From NCBI RefSeq assembly GCF_030684315.1, contig NC_081373.1, forward strand, positions 31,721,989-31,785,988: a DNA stretch of 64,000 bases. The letters are read 5' to 3'. The DNA comes from Stegostoma tigrinum (lineage: Eukaryota). Position 1 is the first letter of the stretch, and each line of letters begins with the position of its first letter. The notes below the pieces were generated by a model. It was given only the letters and a program-made list of their open reading frames with translations, ran no database searches and was not told where the DNA came from. Positions 1 through 11,172 of this stretch are shown piece by piece. A program made the translations under genes and the position numbers.

Positions 1-480
1 AACATCATAATGCCATAAGAAACGGAAACAGGAGTCTGCTCCACCCTTCAATGTAATCATAGCTGATCCAAAACTCTTGCCATGCACTTTCCTGTGTTTT
101 CCCCACAACCCTTGATTCCTTGACTGATGAAGAATATATCTATCTCAGCCTTAAATATGCAGAAGTACTCCGCATCTCAGCTCTCTGTGGCAAGGAGTTC
201 CAAAGGCTCTCCAAGGGAAGAAATTCTTCCTCATCTCATCCTAAATTAGCGCTGCATTATTTTGAGACTATGCCTTCTAGTCCCAGACTTTCCCGTGAGG
301 GGAAACCTTCTCTCAGCATTTACCCTCTCAGGCCCATTAAGAAACCTGTACGTTTCAATGAGATCACTTCTCATTTTTCCAAACTCCAATAGGTAGAGTA
401 CCAACCTGTTTAACCTTTGCTCATAAGGCAATTCCTCCATTCTAGGGATCATCCATGTGAACTTCTCTGAACTTCCTCCA
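1..480 (-). mobile_element. CR1 LINE 3' fragment in an MMP21 intron
   Basis: MIPRMEELPYEQRLNRL..LIETYRFLNG..TRRHSLK, a typical CR1 ORF2 C-terminus. Confidence 0.75.
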
Positions 481-1514
481 ACGAGATGTCTCTCTGCTAT
501 GTGCGCTTTTCAAGACAGAACCATTAAACTACGTGTTTCTGTATTAGTTCTCCTGAAGTGCATCGCTCAAAGTTTCTCTGTACTAAACATGATTTGCCAC
601 ACTTGCATTCATTTTGCCATCTTGCCTATCATCCTGAAGTCTATGCCACTATTATCTATAATATTGCTAAATGTTGTATCACCTGAATCATAATGCTACT
701 CCCTACATCTGAGTCTAGATTTTTATTTATTAGAGCTGAAAACAGCAGCAGATCCAAAACTGAGAGTTTTAGGAACACTATTACAAGCCTCTCCCAACCT
801 GTAAAACACACATCCACAAACACACTTTGTTTCCTAAACAATGAGCCAAATAGAATCAGTCCTAGAACTGCCGAGTATATCCTTCCCAATTTGAACTGTA
901 ATATCAATATTTAGTCAATAGTACCATACACCCTCCATTCTTTGTTTCCTTACTATTCCTGAAAATTTTGTAACTAGCAATATTAAAACTTAATTCTTGA
1001 CCACACCATAATCCTCATGATAGCTTAACCTTGCAGCTCACCAACCTATTAGTTAATACTCCAAACATTGATTTGCTTACGATTTAAGTCTCTTCATCAC
1101 TTTTGCTATTTTCTATAATCTGGTTCCAGCATTTTTTGGGGGTGGGGGGGATATTTCCACAAGCCATTTAAAATACATAAAGTTCGACATACTGTGATTC
1201 TGAATGGCGCGAATGCACAGCAAAAATATTCCCAATTCTTTGTTTGGTGCCTGCTTTTAGAGTGACACAATGTCAAATAATTATAACTGTAGCAATGCCA
1301 TTTAAACATTGGTTTGAGTAGCCTCAGTCCTGCTAAACAATGTTTTCAAGAGGAGAGGAAATCTAGTGAAATTTAAGGATAATACAACAATTAATCTATC
1401 AAAATATTACAGCTCAATAAGTTTGGAAATGACTTGTTACAAATTTAACCATAAATAACAGAGCGTGAAACATAAAAATAAGCAAGGTTCAAAAATGCTG
1501 GTAACGGTTCTTAC

Positions 1515-1654
1515 CTTCAGCAGGCTAATTCCATTTGCATTATTTGGTGTTGTAAAATGGTCATCATCATCAAAATGAATGTCACCAAATTGCCAAGCGT
1601 GAGCAAATTCCTGCCCGTTGCCATCAAATGTTCGTGTGCAGCCCATATGTCGAC
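1515..1654 (-). CDS. MMP21: MMP21 exon 3 (140 nt)
   Basis: [34 protein letters not shown]...ISLLK; acceptor gcaccag, donor GTAAGA; phases consistent. Confidence 0.93.
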
Positions 1655-3940
1655 CTGGTGCAAAAAAACATATTAAATACATTAGTCCTTAAAATTTGTA
1701 TTACAATTGATGTCCGTAAACCAAGTCAATATTTTTCTACTGCAAAGTATCAAACCTCACATAGAACATTACAGCACAGTAAGGCCCTTCGGCCCTCTAT
1801 GTTATGCTGACCTGTCATACCGATCTCAAGCCCATCTAACCTACACTATTCCATGTATGTCCATATGCTTGTCCAATGATGACTTAAATGTTCCTAAAGT
1901 TGGCGAATCTACTACTGTTGCAGGCAAAGCGTTCCATTCCCTTACTACTCTCTGAGTAAAGAAACTACCTCTGACATCTGTCCTATATCTTTCACCCCTC
2001 AATTTAAAGCTATGCCCCCTCATGCTCGCTGTCACCATCCTAGGAAAAGGCTCTCCCTATCTAACCCTCTGCTTATTTTATATGTCTCAATTAAGTCACC
2101 TCAACCTTTTTCTCTCTAATGAAAACAGCCTCAAAAGCCTCAGCCTTTCCTCGTAAGACCTTCCCTCCATACCAGGCAACATCCTAGTAAATCTCCTCTG
2201 CACTCTTTTCAAAGCTTCCACATCCTTCTTATAATGCGGTGACCAGAACTGTACGCAATACTCCAAGTGCGGCTGCACCAGAGTTTTGTACAGCTTCACC
2301 ATAAACTCTTGGTTCCAGAACTCGATCCCTCTATTAATAAAAGCTAAACACTGTATGCCTTCTTAAAACACTGTATGCCTTCATAATTGTTTGTTGAAAT
2401 CTTTATTTTATTGACACACAAAAGTTAGTATATTTTCTGTTCTTGGGTTAATGACGTTCTAACTAGTCTGTATGTGTTAAATGTGATATGTACATCAACA
2501 TTACCTGTCCCAAAACCAAGCTTGATGTCAACCATTGATGCGGGAGAGTTGTTGTTCTCTTCAAACTGTAAAGGAATAACTTCACTCCACATCCTAAAAG
2601 CCATTCTCAACACATGTTTCTGGTCTTCGATGGAGAGCTGGTGGCTATAACCTTCTCCCATCAGGCGCCAAGTAAGTTTTGCTTTAGAAAAGGCCATTTC
2701 TGGTACTCTATTAAACAAGTCAGGGCGAACAGGCACCTTCTGTTGACTGGGAAAAAGCAGTAACTCTAAAAAACGCTTCTTGCGAACCTTTGAGGTTACG
2801 GTCATGTTGGTACCACTCTTGTTATCAGTTGTTTTATCGAAATCAGTGGCTTGGTTGAGAATATCTTGTGTCTCATTATCCATCAAGCTATCTTCAGACA
2901 CAACTCTATCTGGGACCCCACATCGCGGTTTGTTCATAGCTTCCTGGGTGGCTTTGTTTAGCTCTCCAGTCACGGGGATCCCATTGGCCTTCTGGAACTG
3001 TTTTAAAGCTTCAATATAGGCAGAGTTTTTCGTGGACTCAGCTTGACGTTGTTGCCATTGTTTGGAAGCTGAGGAGCCTTCCCTGATAAGATCCAACAAA
3101 TCTCTAGGAGCGCGATGCTCACCTGCAAAGTTCTCAGTTTTCTGGCGTTGGATGTTCTCCCACTTTATTTGTTCTGTCCATCCATATTTATGCAGATATT
3201 TCTTGAATAAAAAATATATTTTCCCAAATTCAGTAAACATGATATAGCGAAGTTTAACAGATAAACGTGCAAATGAAACAAAGGAGAAAATGCTGGAAAT
3301 AGTGCGCTAAATCTGTGGGCAGAACGAGCCTTGGGTCAACGACTCTTGGTCAGAACTGGTATGTAAAACTCGTTAAGCTACTGGTTCAGGTCGCATCTTA
3401 CGCAATTCCAGATCGCCTGAAACTGCGGTCAAATTTCTTCCTCAATTCAGCCACATCATATCAACACATCTGACTTAAAACTGCAGCCCTACCCTTCATA
3501 AGATAATGAAATGTGAGGCTGGATGAACACAGCAGGCCCAGCAGCATCTCAGGAGCACAAAAGCTGACGTTTCGCGCCTAGACCCTTCATCAGAGAGGGG
3601 GATGGGGTGATACAGCCCTACCCTTTAGACAGGATAGGCAAAGGTTGCTCAGATCCTAGAGAAACAGCATTCCAACCAAATATGAAAGTATCATCTCCTC
3701 AAATGCATATCAGTGCATTCATGATTAATCAATTTGCAACATTCCACAATGAACCATTTCAGCAATAATTAATGTTCAACTGTGCTTTCCTACCTCAGCT
3801 GCAGTTTGGCTCAGAATGGGACGTGCCCGGTATTCTGAAGATGAGATGTCCGAGTGGTCGCGACGATGAAACAGTCTCTCACAGTTCCCCCAGGTAATGA
3901 CGCTGAGCCACAACACTCTCAGGTATAAGACCAGCGGCAT
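1515..3940 (-). CDS. MMP21: Matrix metalloproteinase 21, 5' part (coding exons 1-3); catalytic HExxH and hemopexin exons lie beyond the left edge
   Basis: Exons 3940-3794, 3201-2505 and 1654-1515 join in frame with GT-AG junctions. They encode a signal peptide, LFHRRDHSD, cysteine switch PRCGVPD, furin site RKKR and [25 protein letters not shown]. Located next to UROS as in other vertebrates. Confidence 0.93.
1761..2382 (-). mobile_element. CR1 LINE 3' fragment (MMP21 intron 2)
   Basis: [21 protein letters not shown]...RGHSFKL...[14 protein letters not shown]; TTCTAT tail. Confidence 0.88.
2505..3201 (-). CDS. MMP21: MMP21 exon 2 (697 nt; prodomain and start of catalytic domain)
   Basis: KYLHKYGW...PRCGVPD...RKKR...WRLMGEGYS...KLGFGT; acceptor ttattcaag, donor GTAATG. 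Confidence 0.93.
3497..3612 (-). mobile_element. Short PLE pseudo-LTR insertion in MMP21 intron 1
   Basis: Matches the PLE 3' end; 13-bp TSD CAGCCCTACCCTT at 3484-3496 and 3613-3625; hammerhead core at 3566-3593 with a stem II mismatch. Confidence 0.85.
3794..3940 (-). CDS. MMP21: MMP21 exon 1 (147 nt)
   Basis: [31 protein letters not shown]...TAAE then GTAGG donor; hydrophobic signal peptide. Confidence 0.85.
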
Positions 3941-4759
3941 GCTGACGATTACTAGCCGATCTGGCCAACGCGCGGAAATCTTCGGTTTATGTAACAAAAG
4001 CGCTCACCCTGTCTCAACACACATTCACCAAACTTCAAAAAATCTCTTCGAGTTTCGCAAACACTCTGTCCAATCCCACCCGCGGAGTACATCGACTCTC
4101 TGAATTCTGAGGTTATTTGTTAACGGATCAATGGTATATTTACAGTAGTGCTGGCTTCTGCATTTAAAAAGGTGAGGTGCTTTGTAAAATGAGATTTGTA
4201 ACCAGGATGAGGTCAGTGTCTTGTTTAGACTTTTAAAGTTGGTAAACTCCAGTTATTTCAGTTATGTAAATTTGATAGCTGTCGAAATTTAACAGTTATG
4301 TAAAGTTGACAGCAATGAAAATTCCATAGCCATCTGGGGCTTGAATCATCTGGTCTTCTCAGCCTAATGTGAAAAATTGACTTTGAATTAATAAAATTTT
4401 GTGTTTCGAGCCTATTTTCCTGAATTTGTTTCACACTTAAAACTAGTGTTTTAAACAAGAAGAATTCAAATTGCCCCATTATTGACCTTGTTTACAATAA
4501 TTGGTAAATATAAATTTGAGGACTTCCATTTTGTACAGGGCTTTTGAGAATGCCACGCCGAAAGGAATGCAGTTGATGTTTCTAGCAAATTTTTGCTGAA
4601 AATTGAACGAGCCTGTAGAATTTCAGGCTGTTGATGAAGGCAACCTGTAAATTTTACCGTCGACTGCAATTTAAAGGTTAACTTATTCAGGTGTCAGGAA
4701 AAGTGTGAATCAATCCAACCAAACTTTAGCCTTTTGCAAAATCACTTTCAAGGATACAC

Positions 4760-5440
4760 GATAATAAAATGTGAGGCTGGATGAACACAGCAGGTCCAGC
4801 AGCATCTCAGGAGCACAAAAGCTGACGTTTCGGGCCTAGACCCTTCATCAGAGAGGGGGATGGGGTGAGGGTTCTGGAATAAATAGGGAGAGAGAGGGAG
4901 GCGGACCGAAGATGGAGAGAAAAGAAGATAGGTGGAGAGGAGAGTATAGGTTGGGAGGTAGGGGACAGGTCAGTCCAGAGAAGATGGACAGGTCAAGGAG
5001 GTAGGATGAGGTTAGGAGGTAGGATGAGGTTAGTAGGTAGGAGATGGAGGTGCGGCTTGGGGTGGGAGGAAGCGATGGGTGAGAGGAAGAACAGGTTAGG
5101 GAGGCAGAGACAGGTTGGACTGGTTTTGGGATGCAGTGGGTGGAGGGGAAGAGCTGGGCTGGTTGTGTGGTGCAGTGGGGGGAGGGGACGAACTGGGCTG
5201 GTTGTGGGATGCGGTGGGGGAAGGGGAGATTTTGAAGCTGGTGAAGTCCACATTGATACCATTGGGCTGCAGGGTTCCCAAGCGGAATATGAGTTGGTGT
5301 TCCTGCAACCTTCAGGTGGCATCATTGTGGCACTGCAGGAGGCCCATGATGGGCATGTCATCTAAAGAATGGGAGGGCGGAGTGGAAATGGTTTGCGACT
5401 GGGAGGTGCAGTTGTTTGTTGCGAACCGAGCAGAGGTGTT
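4760..5440 (-). mobile_element. 5'-truncated PLE (end of endonuclease plus pseudo-LTR with intact hammerhead core at 4824-4851)
   Basis: Near-identical to 14912-15570; [21 protein letters not shown]. Confidence 0.88.
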
Positions 5441-5689
5441 TAAATTAATTAGCTAAATTTAAAACCTGTTGTCTTAGTAAAAATGCTACTTTGCCTGCTA
5501 ACAGTATACCCCTTCAATATAAATGTTTCAATTCAAGAACTCTGTGCAGACATTTTGTCAAATTTCCAAGCTTTTTAAAGGGACCACACACTCTTGCCCC
5601 TAATCATTTTACAAACATCAAATGTTCTAATATCCTGCCTTTCAATCTACAAATACTCTACCCAACTTGACAGCATTTTAATAAGTCTC

Positions 5690-6200
5690 TTGAGGCCAGT
5701 GCTCCTGCATCAATAACTCACCTTCGAATTCTCCAAAGCCTGTCCATGATCAATAAAGCACGGGTCAGAAGGGTGACAAAATATTCTCCACTTGCCTGGA
5801 TGGTTGCAGCTTCAGCAACACTCAAGAAGGTTGACACTGTCCAGGACAAAGCAGCTCACTTTTTTGGCACCATATCCACTCCCTCCATCACTGTTGTTCA
5901 GTAGCACCTTCTGAACACATCATCTTCCAAACCCACGACCACTTCTATCTTGAAGGACAAGAGCAGCAAATACATGGAAACACCACAATCTGAAAATTCC
6001 AAGCCACACACACCCAGTCTTGGAAATACATCACTGTCCATTTGCTATTACTGGATCATAAGCCTGGAATTCCCTCTCTTAGGACCTTGTGGGACTACCT
6101 ACAACACATGGGCTGCAACTGTTCAAGAAGGCAGCTCACCACCTCCTGCTCAAGAACAACAAATGCTGGTCTAGCCAACAAAGCTCATGTCCCATGAGCG
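5690..6200 (+). mobile_element. L2/CR1-clade LINE 3' fragment
   Basis: tctccacttgcctggatg...ctcaagaaggttgacactgtccaggacaaagcagc; same family as 53870-55640. Confidence 0.6.
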
Positions 6201-9200
6201 AATAAGAGAATTGTGTAACAGTGTGCAATTTGGCTGTTGCAATTACCTATAGAGAAACAGTGACACCTCTGTAGGCGTACAAAGAAAATTCCGGGTCTTC
6301 AGCAACCAAAACCAATGATAAAGCAACTCTGAGACTTGGTTAGCATCCATATCCCTGAAATGGGAGGCCGGGATCAAGTCCCACCTATTCCAGAGCTGTG
6401 TAATAACATCTCTGAACAGGTTGATTAAAAAACAATTAAATAAAGAAAAAAACTGCATTGGCCCAGACCTGCTGGAAATGTAGAAGAGTCTGTTTCTGGC
6501 TGACGGCAGCAATGAGGACAGTTATAATCAGTGTCACTCAGACATAGAAGAGATGGAGGGAAGAAATCAGAAGTAGATGGCCTATTTGACTGTAAATATA
6601 TCAGTTCTTTTCTGAGGTCTGATTCACCATGATTAGACATGTACCGTACCTGGAAGGAAGATCTCTGATAAACTCACATTACTTAGAGATACAATCACCT
6701 ATGGGCAGGATAGTAGGATGGGTACCTTCTTCATTAACTTGAACCAGAAGGACCTTGACAAAATATTGCACATTTGGAGGCTCTCCAAAATAGGACTTGT
6801 GGTGGAAGTCTGCAAATGTATCCACTATTCTGACAAATATCAGTAGCAACATCTCAATCAATACTGAAAAGTTTTTTTGACAGTCCAATGACTTGTTTAT
6901 GAGTTCTTTCAAACCTTTGTCTGAGCCCATCAAGAGGGATGTGGGCACTATAAAGATTACAATTTCAACAAATAGAGGTGTTCAGGTCAAAGCTTCCTTG
7001 CACATGGATGATCTATTTTGTCCCCTTCACTGTTAAGTTACTGTATCAGAAGATGCTGGAGATTTAGTTTGGCATTATTTGGAGTTATACCAAAACTCAA
7101 AAAGAAAATCTGGCAATGGTGGATCTGTCAGAGGTCTTCCTGTCAAAATAATTTGCTAAAATGTCTCCTGTCTTGGAATTTTCAAACAAGCACTAAGCTG
7201 TCACTTGGCCGTAGGGGAGAAAAGCTAACACATCAGTCATTCCTGCATGCCTGGAATCCCATATCTTTGCATAGCAGCTGTGATGGGAAGAGGCTATTGT
7301 CCATCTCCACCTGGAATATGCCTTTGCAAAGCTGACGGAAAGAATTGGAATACTTTTCTGTCAGATATGACATAGTTTTTTCGAAGGGTTTTCCATTTGA
7401 CAGCCAGCCTATTTGATGAGTTCCCTGCTTGTTGGACAAAAAATGCTGCAAATAACTAACTGTGAAGAATCATGAATGAGTAGGGATAAAAAAGAAGAGA
7501 CTGCTGGAGAAACTCTGCAGGTCTGGATGCATCTGTAGAGAGAAAAACAAGAGTTAACATTTAGAGTCCAAAACTGATTCTTCTTTGGAACTGTACAAAG
7601 CAGCAAAAATATGAGTCTTTATGCTGTTGAAAAACTGGGGAGGTAGAACAAGCAACAGATGGAAAAGGTGCCCAGAGCGTAAGGCAAAGGGGATGCTGAT
7701 GGTAACACAAGACAAGGAAGCCCAGAGATATCACATTTCCAGCTACCTTCAGTTACAAAGAGAATTATATTGGACTTGAAAGGTTTAAATTTGTATCTGG
7801 CACTTTCAATTTTTATCTGAGATCTCTAGCATCCATAGTACTTTGCTTTTAATGGGGAAGGTGTAGGTCATAGTCACAGGAAAGGTTTGGGGTTTTGGAT
7901 GTGGTTTTTGAAAGAGGTTGATTCCAGTTACGATCATGGGAAGACAAACCAGTTTCAGTCGTGGTCACAGAGGTTTGGCAATCATGGACCAGGAAACAGG
8001 TTAGTTACTCCTACTGCTACTCCTCACCCACAAACAGAACTGGTAAATTTCCAATACAATATATAGGTGGTGTTCTTGGACACTGCCCTTCTCAAAGCCT
8101 TATGTTCACGAAGTCCATGATGTTGGAAACTTGATCAAAATGGATTAGAAGAACCTGTTAAAAAGAAGGCACACAGTCCTCTTATCAGATTTAGCAGACA
8201 CGGCCTTTCACCTGAGGGCAGATTGGTTGCCTGTGATCCGCTCCAACTTTGTTAAATATGCAAGTAGGTGGGTTTAAGACTGGTTGGTGGAATGTTTAAA
8301 ATTTTTCAAACATTAATGTCTCGCCAAACCCCAATTTAGCTGTTCTTCGGGCTTAAATTACCCTTGGTGTGTTAAAATCCTGTCCTCTAATTTACTAGAT
8401 TTGTAAAACTACAATATTCATTGGTTATCAAATATTGTAAAAATAGTGCTGCAGAAAAACTGAAAATTTTATTCATGTTCACGGCAAACAATAACTCCCA
8501 CAAAGATACTTTTATTCACCAATAACCAAAGTGTAGCTTTCTGCACTTGACTCTGATCCTGACTCAATTTTGTGGTCAGTGGTGAAATAGTGATGTGTGC
8601 CACTTACCTCAAAGGCAGTTGCCTTCTACAGAGTTTTGTGGTGTGGTGTTCCTCTTCCTCAGTGGCTTTTTAAGTCTTGCATCAAGTCAAAGTGATGTCA
8701 TTAGCTTGTAGCAGCACTGATATCAGCAAGCATGTTAAACAGCCAAACCCATTGAAATATGCATACACATAAAAAAAGTTAAAGCACAACACCCGACACT
8801 TTTAATTTATATTTTCAGGTAACAACAAAATTATGGTCCAACTAAAACAAGCTAAAAGAAGCTAGTATGAAGATAAGCCAGGCTTATGGAATTTTAAGTG
8901 TAACACATTATAATAAAGAAATATAACATTCTACAAATATTACTCTCCTCTTTTAAAGCTGGTAAGGGAGTTTAGCAGTAATTATGAAAATACTACCCTT
9001 AAAAATCCAGCTGCATTTCAATCAACAAAGTATAACCTTTTCGAGATTTCTATAGTGAGGCTAATAGGTAGGAGTGGAAATTGTGTCAATTTGTAAAATT
9101 TCTCACTGATTGCAGTTTGGAGATGCCTCCAAAATGAGCCCACTACGGTGACATAGAATCTTCTGTTTTTTTGTATTATTCCACACTTCAGAAGGCGTAG

Positions 9201-9939
9201 TCAGTTTCAGTGGAGGAACAGAAGTAAAAACTCTTCAGCTTTCCCCAGTGCAATATTTCGGCCATTGTTAAGTATCAATGATGTACTTCATCCTTCTCTT
9301 GTCAGTGTTTATCAGAGAAAAATTAATATCGGGACTATAAGTTTTGAAGTTTCAGTAAGCAAAAGCAGATGAACATCTCACTTAAATACAAAATTTCCAA
9401 TTTATCACCATTGTATTCCAGTCATGAATTATTTTAAAAGTCCTTGCTGTTTCAACCATTGGCAAACAGAAATTACTCAGTGAATACAGATCACTAGCCT
9501 CAGCTCTTCTTGTCCTTTTAAAGTCTAAACTATATTAAAATAAGTTAGATATTGCTCAGGATTGATAAACGAAATGACATATTGCAAAGCATTTTAGCAT
9601 CAATATTAGATCCAAAAATCAAATTTGCTCTTAAAAATATACAGAATCCTGCTAAGATGCCAGTCTCTGGTCATTTAACAATCAACAGAACATTGCAGAA
9701 ATGAATGGTAAATAAGACCACAGTCTTATAGCTCAGTTTGGATTCAGGTCAGCAAGTTTATTGAAATGGAGTAGTATGCACGTATCTTTGCTCTGACTGC
9801 CACTCCAAAGACAAAACAGAGGTAAAGCGTTTGGAAACAAAATATAACTTTGATAAAAATATAAGGTTATGTACAGAAAAACAAACTGTTGCCTAATTGA
9901 ATGCAGTTTAGCAAATCTCATACACAATAGCTTAGAGAA

Positions 9940-10205
9940 GGTGATGGTATAGTGGTAATATCACTGGAATAGTAATCCAGAGGCCCAGGTTCGTGTGTTT
10001 GAATCCCAAAATGGCAGATAGTGAAAATTGAACTCATTTTCAATCCATAATAAAAAGCTAGTCTAATGGCAACATATAACCACAGTTGATTGTCCTAAGA
10101 AAAAAAATCTGGTTCACTAAAGTCCTTTAGGGAAGGAAATCTATCATTCCTGCCTGGTCTGGCCTACAAGTGATTCCAGACCCATAGCAAAAGTGGTTAA
10201 CTCCA
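9940..10205 (+). mobile_element. DeuSINE (SacSINE1-like); a second partial copy is on minus at ~55660-55750
   Basis: tRNA-like head and ctggttcactaa.gtcctttagggaaggaaat...ctggtctggccta...ccagaccc core. Confidence 0.6.
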
Positions 10206-10795
10206 ACCTCTACCCAATTCTTATTAGTGAATAAATCCTGCCCTGAATGTCAACTCTTAGATCTTATAGTTTGAAATAATATGTATAATTTAAATATGTT
10301 ACCATCAATCTGAATAATAAGCATTCTAATGGGATGGCCCACACATACTTCACAAAATCCAGTCACCATCACTCCCAAATTGTTATCCAAAAAAATGTTT
10401 GCAAAGGTTAGAATCCAATAGTTTGGTGTTTATATTACAGTGCTGCTAGACTTTCATATTAACTTAGAAAAAAATCAAGATTTCTCAAAATATTTGGGCA
10501 AGATATAAAAAATTGTGCACTATAAATGAGATACTAACTTATAAAGAGATTTCTTATATCTTTGTATCAGTCTGACTAAGCAACACACAATTTCCAAGGG
10601 ATTCACAAATATAAATGCATTTTAGAAAATCAGGTTACAGAAATTAACTAACTAAAGTGAAATTTCCTGATTTAAGGTAACTTTAAAGGGTAGGAAACAT
10701 AAGGCTCCAATCTAAACAGAATCTAAAGAAAGAAAGGATGCTAAATAAACAACCATTTTAGTCATAAAAAGAAAAAGAAACAAATGTTTTACTAA

Positions 10796-11020
10796 GATAA
10801 TAAAATGTGAGGCTGGATGAACACAGCAGGCCCAGCAGCATCTCAGGAGCACAAAAGCTGACGTTTCAGGCCTAGACCCTTCATCAGAGCCTCTGATGAA
10901 GGGTCTAGGCCCGAAACGTCAGCTTTTGTGCTCCTGAGATGCTGCTGGGCCTGCTGTGTTCATCCAGCCTCACATTTTATTATCTTGGAATTCTCCAGCA
11001 TCTGCAGTTCCCATTATCTC
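10796..11020. mobile_element. Fold-back PLE pseudo-LTR insertion in the UROS 3' UTR
   Basis: Inverted arms 10794-10889 and 10891-10986 (one mismatch) plus a 36-nt tail. 14-bp TSD AAATGTTTTACTAA at 10782-10795 and 11021-11034. Confidence 0.9.
10852..10895 (-). ncRNA. Minimal type I hammerhead ribozyme motif (PLE-derived), UROS sense strand
   Basis: cagaggcu-CUGAUGA-a-ggg-ucuagg-ccu-GAAA-CGUC-agcuuuug: conserved core, 3-bp stem II, palindromic ACGU stem III, 8-bp stem I with two G-U pairs. Confidence 0.55.
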
Positions 11021-11052
11021 AAATGTTTTACTAATATGTTCTTGGCACTTTT

Positions 11053-11172
11053 TTATAGCACTCTTCTTATACTAGCTGCTAGATCTTCAGCTGTAGGTTT
11101 TTCTGCGGTACAACTCACAGTCAGTCCCTCTGTTGCCATGGCATCAGCTGTTGTTGGTCCTATTGCTGCAAA
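11053..11172 (-). CDS. UROS: UROS last coding exon (120 nt including TAA)
   Basis: [39 protein letters not shown]; tttacag acceptor. Confidence 0.93.
   Translation of the reverse strand, partial: FAAIGPTTADAMATEGLTVSCTAEKPTAEDLAASIRRVL

Noticed and set aside
2346-2382. 17-nt direct repeat AAACACTGTATGCCTTC
   Set aside because: Small duplication at the 5' truncation point of a CR1 copy; ordinary insertion by-product
6650-7460. Possible Tx1/L1-type RT remnant (VKASLHMDD)
   Set aside because: Single motif in heavily decayed sequence; cannot be bounded or confirmed by eye
10796-10986. Hairpin as a microRNA gene or classical DNA-transposon MITE
   Set aside because: The arms are the 3' end of the RT/GIY-YIG element, and the TSD is long (14 bp) with a one-sided tail, fitting PLE retrotransposition
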